Assembly: GCA_900548775.1 (NCBI GenBank)
Contig: URLM01000007.1
Coordinates: 1,798-65,797 of the forward strand
Length of the DNA: 64,000 nucleotides
Direction of reading: 5' to 3'
Source of the DNA: an uncultured Olsenella sp.
GTDB lineage: Bacteria; Actinomycetota; Coriobacteriia; Coriobacteriales; Atopobiaceae
Position 1 is the stretch's first letter; each line of letters starts with the position of its first letter. The notes below the pieces were generated by a model that saw only the letters and a list, made by a program, of their open reading frames with translations, searched no databases and was not told the DNA's origin. The position numbers were made by a program, and so were the translations under genes. Positions 58,005-64,000 of this stretch are shown piece after piece.

Positions 58005-58868
58005 ATGGCCATCCAGAAGCCCGAGCCGCTTGTGATCGGGAACAAGGCGTTCTACACCCTAACCTCGTACGGGCCGGTGGACGTGGAGGTGCACGTTGTT
58101 CGCACCACGGACGAGGAAGTCGAGCTTGCAGTCCAGACGCTGGTGCGCGAGGCAGGCGGCACCGAGAAGGACCTTGCAAATCCGGCGTGGGTCGCAAGCC
58201 ACTTTGACGGCCTCGAGGACGAGCAGCGCCTGCGCGAGCAGACCCGCGCATACCTCAGCTCCCTGAGCGAGGACTCCGCCGAGGAGCAGAAAGCCAACGC
58301 GTGTCTCGACGCACTTGCCGAGCGCCTGTGCCAGTCGGTACCGGCCGCGCAGGTCTCACAGGTGAAAGACGCGCTGTTCCAGGACATTGCGCAGCGGATT
58401 GCGACGACCGGTCAGCCGGTGGAGGCGGTTCTCGCACAGATGGGCATGCGGCCAGACCAGCTTGACGCGATGCTCCAGAACGAGGCCGTGAAGGAGGCCG
58501 AGCACGAAGCGGCGCTCGACGCGTACGCAAGCGAGAAGAAGATCAAGGTCGACGAGACCGAACTGCCTCACCTGCTGCAGCTCTCCCCCACCGACGCGCA
58601 GGCGCTCATCTCCCGCGCGAAGGCGGCCGGGCAGATGGACCAGCTTCTCGACGCCGCCCGACGAACGAAGACCCTCGAGGCGGTGGTCACGGAGTGCAAC
58701 TGCACCTACGTGCAGGAATCCGAAGAGGAGGCCGAGAAGCGACTGACGGAGGTCGCGGAGATCATGCGCCACCGGGAGGAGATGCTGCGGGCTGCGGCGA
58801 GTTCCGCGGCGAGGGGTTCCGAGAGCAGCGCTGGAAGCGGCTCAAGCTCGGGGCTCAAGCTGGTGTAG
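58005..58868 (+). CDS. Trigger-factor C-terminal domain-like protein
   Basis: TTDEEVELAV...; helical TF-C-like segments (ALDAYASEKKIKVDETEL); no GFRxGxxP motif and no FKBP domain; AGGAGG RBS. Confidence 0.65.
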   Translation: MAIQKPEPLVIGNKAFYTLTSYGPVDVEVHVVRTTDEEVELAVQTLVREAGGTEKDLANPAWVASHFDGLEDEQRLREQTRAYLSSLSEDSAEEQKANACLDALAERLCQSVPAAQVSQVKDALFQDIAQRIATTGQPVEAVLAQMGMRPDQLDAMLQNEAVKEAEHEAALDAYASEKKIKVDETELPHLLQLSPTDAQALISRAKAAGQMDQLLDAARRTKTLEAVVTECNCTYVQESEEEAEKRLTEVAEIMRHREEMLRAAASSAARGSESSAGSGSSSGLKLV

Positions 58869-58982
58869 TAGAAAGGCGGAGATGCCGCTTGGCTGAGCCC
58901 CATATAGCGAACTCGTCTCGCGCAATGGGACTCAGACCAAGCGGCATCCAAGGCTGTTGCCACCAGGATGAAAGGGCTACCC

Positions 58983-59462
58983 CTATTCCCTACAGTACTT
59001 CACCATGGTGTCAACCATCCCCTCCCCCGTGGTCTGAGCAAGAATGTCCTCGCATGCACTTGCATCCATGAATACATTCATGAGTTTCTGAAGTACCGCT
59101 ACCTGGTCCTCGTCGTGCGCTTTTAGCCCGAGATTGATTATCAGCTGAGCTTGCACGGGATGATCGACCATCGCAGCCATAGGCTCGAATGCCACTGGCT
59201 TCTCAGGCTTTATAACCGCGATATAAGGTTTAGCTATGTTCTCAGGTTCGACATGTGGAATAGCAACAGAAATGTTATCCAGCTCCAGGCCAGTTGGGTA
59301 GTTGTTCTCGCGAGTAATAATCGCCTGAAGCCAACTGTCTTCGAGGTATCCCAACGGAGCCAATTTCTCCTGGAGCTGAGAGAACAGCTCAGTTCCAGTG
59401 GTCGCCGTAGTATCGAAGAAGACGAGCTCCGGGCTGAAAAGCGAAGTATCGAGTGCTGCCAT
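58983..59462 (-). CDS. PTS galactitol-family EIIA
   Basis: RENNYPTGL, VAIPH. Confidence 0.88.
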   Translation of the reverse strand: MAALDTSLFSPELVFFDTTATTGTELFSQLQEKLAPLGYLEDSWLQAIITRENNYPTGLELDNISVAIPHVEPENIAKPYIAVIKPEKPVAFEPMAAMVDHPVQAQLIINLGLKAHDEDQVAVLQKLMNVFMDASACEDILAQTTGEGMVDTMVKYCRE

Positions 59463-59494
59463 ATTGTTCCCTCCGTTGCCGCTTACGAGCCCTA

Positions 59495-60382
59495 CTAAGC
59501 AAGCGGTTTAGCGCCATTTGCGAAGACCTTCACGACGTGATCAAAGTCTTCAACCAACCGGTTGTATGCAACACTTGTTAAATCATGCCAGTACACAATG
59601 GCATCATCACTCTTGGAGCGCTTGGCTTCCATCTCCGCACAGGCAGCTTCGCCGGCATACTTCACGCCATAGGTGTAATAGTTAATCTTGCGGATGCCAG
59701 AGTCGATAGCCTTCTTGTAGTCCTCATCCGATACGCCCGAGCCTCCATGCATGACAAGAGGAATCTTGACGCGATCGCGGATGTCAGTAAGAACCTTGAA
59801 GTTGAGGTGTGGTTCGCCCTTGTAAATCCCATGTACAGTACCAAACGAGCATGCAAGGATATCCGTTCCCGTTGCTGCGATGAAATCTGCTGCCTGATCA
59901 GGGTCTGTGTACACTGCGCCTGACTCCTCGGCAGTACCGCCCTCGTCACGTTGGCCCGCCTCGCGGGATCCCATAGAGCCGAGTTCGCATTCGAGTCCAC
60001 AGTCAAAACCGGAGCACATTTCTGCGGCACGCTGAGAGTTCTCGAGGTTGACGTCATACGGCTCGAAGGACCCATCGTACATGGCACCAGTAAAGCCAAT
60101 CTCAAGCGCGCGACGCATGTAAGACAGATGCTCACAGTGATCCAAGTGGACGCACAGCATAGCACTCGAGCGCTCCGCGAGCGCGACCATAGCAGGCCCA
60201 ATAGAATCAAGAGGCGCAAATGGTTCGTGCCCTTCAGCGTGGCTCAAAATAACGGGGTAGCCGGTCTCCTCGGCAACATCAATGGCTGCCCTAAGGGCTT
60301 CAAAGCTTGGAACGTTAAAGGATGCAATGGCCATATTGTTCTGCTCGGCCATAGCGCAGATATCACGAAGATTAAGGATCAT
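59495..60382 (-). CDS. Class II fructose/tagatose-bisphosphate aldolase family
   Basis: ASFNV, VHLDH, GFTGAMYDGS, ECELG, GTVHGIY, PLVMHGGSG, RKINY. Confidence 0.9.
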   Translation of the reverse strand: MILNLRDICAMAEQNNMAIASFNVPSFEALRAAIDVAEETGYPVILSHAEGHEPFAPLDSIGPAMVALAERSSAMLCVHLDHCEHLSYMRRALEIGFTGAMYDGSFEPYDVNLENSQRAAEMCSGFDCGLECELGSMGSREAGQRDEGGTAEESGAVYTDPDQAADFIAATGTDILACSFGTVHGIYKGEPHLNFKVLTDIRDRVKIPLVMHGGSGVSDEDYKKAIDSGIRKINYYTYGVKYAGEAACAEMEAKRSKSDDAIVYWHDLTSVAYNRLVEDFDHVVKVFANGAKPLA

Positions 60383-60417
60383 GGTTGCTCCAAACGGCAA
60401 TCGATTTGTTGTCCAGC

Positions 60418-61098
60418 TCAGTTCCTTGCAGTGTCTTCTGCATCTTGCTCGTCGAGCGTGTGCTGGCCATACCGATGAAATACAGAAACTGCTTCATCGA
60501 TTTGCGCCTGTGTCATTTCAGCCATCGGCCTGCCGGTAGAAAGCGCCACGGATACTGTCTTTGCAGCTTCCTCGAGGTAGACACAAGAGAACATCGCCTG
60601 ACGAAGGTCCCTGCCAACCGAAATGACACCATGATGTTTGAGCACGACAGCAAGCTGATCGCCAATTGATTCGACTGCTTGCACTCCCATAGAGAGCGAT
60701 CCCGGGTCGCCATAGTTGGCAACATGGCAGGGTCCCTCCACGGCGTTCGCCATTGTCGAGAGATTGCACGGTATCTCGTCCATGACCAAACCAAGGCCAG
60801 TTGCATAGGGCTGATGCGTATGAATTACGGCATTAACCTTGGGCATGTGATGGAAGATGTAAAGAAGCGCTGCCGTATCAACAGAAGCTTTTCGCGTTCC
60901 CTCGACAATGTTTCCCTTTCCATCAACAACAAGCATGTCCTCTGGGACCATCTCGTCGTAAATCATTCCTGATGGAGTGACAATGAAAAGGTCGTCCCCC
61001 ACGCGCACACTTACGTTGCCACCAGACAACGCGATCAACCCATACCGATCGAGCTTGAGCGCGCATTCCAGCATTTCCTTCTTTTCAGATTCAAACAT
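60418..61098 (-). CDS. Class II aldolase/adducin family (FucA/AraD-like)
   Basis: SGGNVSVR, TPSG, VIHTHQPYAT, LKHHGV, LEEAAK. Confidence 0.88.
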   Translation of the reverse strand: MFESEKKEMLECALKLDRYGLIALSGGNVSVRVGDDLFIVTPSGMIYDEMVPEDMLVVDGKGNIVEGTRKASVDTAALLYIFHHMPKVNAVIHTHQPYATGLGLVMDEIPCNLSTMANAVEGPCHVANYGDPGSLSMGVQAVESIGDQLAVVLKHHGVISVGRDLRQAMFSCVYLEEAAKTVSVALSTGRPMAEMTQAQIDEAVSVFHRYGQHTLDEQDAEDTARN

Positions 61099-61169
61099 GC
61101 TGTGAACCTGCCTCCCTGTTTGATTGCTACCATCAGTACACTGATTAGAGTTCTCTGACTTGATCAGAG

Positions 61170-61739
61170 CTAGTTTGCGCTGTTAGTTCTTCTGCTCCGC
61201 CGCGCAGAGCGCTCCTTGGAACGAATAGCCTCAATCTGGTCGGCGTGTTCCAAATAGTCTTTATTGACATCATGCGCACGAGCTTGGAGCGAATTGGGAT
61301 GAACCTTATAGCCCAAGTTGACAAGATAGGTAAATAGCTCTCCCCCGTCTGAGAACATCTTTGTAGGAACCCAGTAGCGTCCTTTAAAGATGTTGTGGTT
61401 CTGGACGCGTATATACGTCTTCCCTGAACTGGGAAAGGGTCTCACAAGGAAAGTGGAAAGCTCAGAGAGTTTATAGGAGTCTACGCGTCCGAAGCCGGAG
61501 AACGAGATGGAATCGCCCTCCTCGTCAATTTCAACCCGCTCTGGATTGGACAGAGAGATAAATGTATTCCACACCTGATAGAACGCTACAGCGCCGAAAA
61601 CCAAAGCGAGTCCACGGGGAATGAAGATATCGAGCGCAGCAATCGCAACGCAGGCGAGACATATTACAGCGCAGAACACGCCAGTAAAGGTCACCTCGAT
61701 GTTATAAAAAGGCGGCTCGTAGACATAGGACTTCTTCAT
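61170..61739 (-). CDS. Hypothetical membrane protein (2 TM helices plus beta-rich domain)
   Basis: GGAGAG RBS; two hydrophobic helices; lies within the PTS operon. Confidence 0.7.
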   Translation of the reverse strand: MKKSYVYEPPFYNIEVTFTGVFCAVICLACVAIAALDIFIPRGLALVFGAVAFYQVWNTFISLSNPERVEIDEEGDSISFSGFGRVDSYKLSELSTFLVRPFPSSGKTYIRVQNHNIFKGRYWVPTKMFSDGGELFTYLVNLGYKVHPNSLQARAHDVNKDYLEHADQIEAIRSKERSARRSRRTNSAN

Positions 61740-61751
61740 GACTCTCCAAAC

Positions 61752-61789
61752 AAGCCGGGGCCGCACAATAGTAAGTGTGGCCCCGGCTT
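61752..61789. terminator. Intra-operon hairpin downstream of EIIC
   Basis: AAGCCGGGGCCGCAC-N8-GTGTGGCCCCGGCTT. Confidence 0.6.
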
Positions 61790-61833
61790 TACTAATGCTA
61801 GGAATGACCTAGGGGACCAAGGACTCGTGCTAG

Positions 61834-63237
61834 CTACTGCTCCTCGCCCTTGGCTGCGTGAAGCTCAGCGGCCTCCTTGAGAATGCGCTTACGGTTCCAG
61901 ACAGCAAGGACAATAGCCAGAACTGCAATCACGACCATGCCAATGCCGTTCATAAAGGAGCCAACGCGAACAATGAACCAGGTAAGCGGGTTTGCGCCAT
62001 CGCAAATTGAGGAGATGGCAGTCGCGGTACCCATGTCAAACTGAACATTTGCGGCTGCGGTTGTAATCAGTGGCGAGAGGTCGGTGGCGATGTAAAGGCC
62101 AACGGTAAGAACAATGATACCGATGATAATGCCACGGAAGCCATTGTTGTGCACGACCGGGGTGATAAGAACAAACATCCAAGGAATCACGGCCAGGTCA
62201 GCAAAGGGGAGCACCTTGTTGCCCGGCAGGATAACGGCGAGGAAGATGCAGAGAGGTACGAGAACGAAGGAGATTGCAAGTGTCACGGGATGGCCAACGC
62301 CCACTGCCGAATCAAGTCCGATGTAAATCTTGCCACGGTTCTTGAAGCGCTTCTCGACAAAGGTGGATGCAGCGTCAGAGATAGGAAGCAGGCCCTCCAT
62401 GAGCAGCGCAGCCATCTTGGGAATAAGAACCAGTACGGCGCCAAGAGACACAGCTAGAGTCAGAACTTGAGTAATTGAAGTGGCGACGTTGCTGGGATCC
62501 CAATATGCAAGGCAGCCGATGACAAGGCCAATCATGGTACCAACAAGAATTGGCTCGCCGAAGACACCGAACTTCTTCTGCAGAGTATCGGTATTGATGT
62601 TAACGTCGCGAAGGCCAGGAATCTTGTCGAAGATCCAGTTAAAGAGCATGGCAATTGGCGCATACGCTGCGGTGAAACCATGAGGCAGAGAAACGCCGGG
62701 CATGCTGAGGGACTCTTCAACCAGCGGGGCGGTATAGTCGCCAAGAACCATAATGATAATCATGTTCAGAACGGCGGCAATAATACCCCATACGATTGAA
62801 TCGGTGACAATTGCGACAAGGGCGCCCGTAAACGCAAAGTGCCAGTAATCCCAAATGTCGACGTCAACGGTCTGGGTCGTATTGGTCAGAAGCATCACAA
62901 TGTTTACCGCAAGGCCAAGGGGAATGATGATGATTCCGACAGTGGACCCCATGGCAATTGCAGCTGCGGCAGGCCAGCCCACATCTACGACCGTCAGAGA
63001 CAGGCCAAAACGCTCGACCATAGTCTGAACAGCAGGAGAGAGGGTCGTGCCGAGCAGCGAGTTAATGACAAGGTTAAGGCCGATAAATCCCACGCCAACA
63101 GTCAAGCCTGCACGGAGGCTCTTACCAAATCCAGCTCCCAAGCAACACCCCAAGATGGTGAGCACGATTGGCATCATTACCGAAACTCCCAGCCCAGAAA
63201 TAAACTGGAAGAATCCAAGAAAAGCATCCATCTCCAT
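61834..63237 (-). CDS. PTS galactitol-family EIIC (GatC-like)
   Basis: VGFIGL, DVGWPAAAAIA, DVDIWDYWHFAF, LMEGLLPIS, YIGLDSAV, GNKVLPFADL. Confidence 0.93.
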   Translation of the reverse strand: MEMDAFLGFFQFISGLGVSVMMPIVLTILGCCLGAGFGKSLRAGLTVGVGFIGLNLVINSLLGTTLSPAVQTMVERFGLSLTVVDVGWPAAAAIAMGSTVGIIIIPLGLAVNIVMLLTNTTQTVDVDIWDYWHFAFTGALVAIVTDSIVWGIIAAVLNMIIIMVLGDYTAPLVEESLSMPGVSLPHGFTAAYAPIAMLFNWIFDKIPGLRDVNINTDTLQKKFGVFGEPILVGTMIGLVIGCLAYWDPSNVATSITQVLTLAVSLGAVLVLIPKMAALLMEGLLPISDAASTFVEKRFKNRGKIYIGLDSAVGVGHPVTLAISFVLVPLCIFLAVILPGNKVLPFADLAVIPWMFVLITPVVHNNGFRGIIIGIIVLTVGLYIATDLSPLITTAAANVQFDMGTATAISSICDGANPLTWFIVRVGSFMNGIGMVVIAVLAIVLAVWNRKRILKEAAELHAAKGEEQ

Positions 63238-63358
63238 TCCTTTCCCTTAATTCTTTGTCCAATGTTCATGCACTAAACAGCCCAAAGAACAGCTGACACA
63301 CCCCAATGGAATGTGAAAAGAGCAATCTAAATTGTTGGAACGCCAAGAAACTCAGCTA

Positions 63359-63655
63359 TTAGTCTTCTTCCATAAGCTTGAGAATCTGGGCGTCGGTCTC
63401 CTCTGTCCCTCGCCCCATCAGATACGGGACGCCATTCACATATGGGCAATGAAGCTCTGTTGGGGCAATCGAGGTGGCCACGATGAAATCGTAGTTTCGA
63501 GACTTCTCGGGAGCAGAAGCAAGCGGAATCTGGGTAATTTCGTATTGGCCCTTGTAACCATGACTGTCAAGAAGCGCCTCGACTTTCTTCCTTGCTATCG
63601 TCGATGTGACAATCCCTGAACCGCAAGAAAGAAGAATGTGCTTCATCTTTGCCAT
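63359..63655 (-). CDS. PTS galactitol-family EIIB (GatB-like)
   Basis: ILLSCGSGIVTST, GVPYLMGRG. Confidence 0.9.
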   Translation of the reverse strand: MAKMKHILLSCGSGIVTSTIARKKVEALLDSHGYKGQYEITQIPLASAPEKSRNYDFIVATSIAPTELHCPYVNGVPYLMGRGTEETDAQILKLMEED

Positions 63656-63717
63656 TGCAATCCTCCAATTCACCTGAGAGCGATCTTCTCGCTCCACTAC
63701 CGACCGACTTAAACTGC

Positions 63718-64000
63718 TTACTCCCCCATCACCACGACGCGGAGCTTGCGGGTGCGCTCGCGCGTGCGGTCATAGTCAACAAAGAAGATGCTCGCGAGGC
63801 CGTTCATCTCGAGCCTGCCGCCGGCGACCTCGAAGGTCTGGCTGCTGCCCACGAGCACGGAGCGCAGGTGCGCGTCGCCGTTCCAGAGCAGGGTGCGGTC
63901 GCCCCCGGGGAGGTAGGCCTCGGCGTTCGGCCAGCTCTCGACCTCCTCGAAGTGGCGGAGCCCGGGATACCGGTACGTCCTCCAGTCGTGCTGCTCCGGG
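63718..64000 (-). CDS. YjbQ family protein, C-terminal part (5' end outside window)
   Basis: Manual translation ...NGDAHLRSVLVGSSQTF...IFFVDYDRTRERTRKLRVVVMGE*, matching the YjbQ C-terminal pattern. Confidence 0.8.
   Translation of the reverse strand, partial: PEQHDWRTYRYPGLRHFEEVESWPNAEAYLPGGDRTLLWNGDAHLRSVLVGSSQTFEVAGGRLEMNGLASIFFVDYDRTRERTRKLRVVVMGE

Overview
A mostly core-genome window from a high-GC Coriobacteriia bacterium (Atopobiaceae, Olsenella-like, judged from the 16S sequence and gene content). Almost all genes lie on the minus strand. In coordinate order it holds: a partial patatin gene, tmRNA (ssrA), rubredoxin and flavin reductase, smpB, a TPR gene, rnr and ftsXE; tkt/tal; a DeoR-associated ascorbate-family PTS catabolic cluster (KpsF/GutQ-like SIS isomerase plus two pyruvate aldolases); yitT, prfB and secA; a 998-aa STAND/SARP-type regulator; a complete 16S-23S-5S rRNA operon; a phosphohexomutase, galU, a DtxR regulator, an LCP protein and murA; the F1Fo ATP synthase operon; upp, glyA, rpiB, tsaC, prmC and prfA; a YtrA-like GntR/ABC cassette; a RelBE-like TA pair; a truncated trigger-factor paralogue; and a lower-GC galactitol-family PTS cluster. 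No integrase, transposase, cas gene or tRNA was seen. The most notable observations are: (1) an atypical termination apparatus, with RF2 carrying SPT instead of SPF, a His-to-Gln change in both release factors, a PrmC repeat insertion, and TAG ending 35 of 58 called genes; (2) a PTS cluster whose enzyme set fits an undescribed Kdo-type catabolic route; (3) three families of intergenic palindromic repeats, one forming arrays with a 61-bp period; (4) an unknown 2-TM protein placed behind a hairpin after EIIC in two unrelated PTS loci. All product calls come from motif recognition by eye, not from database searches.
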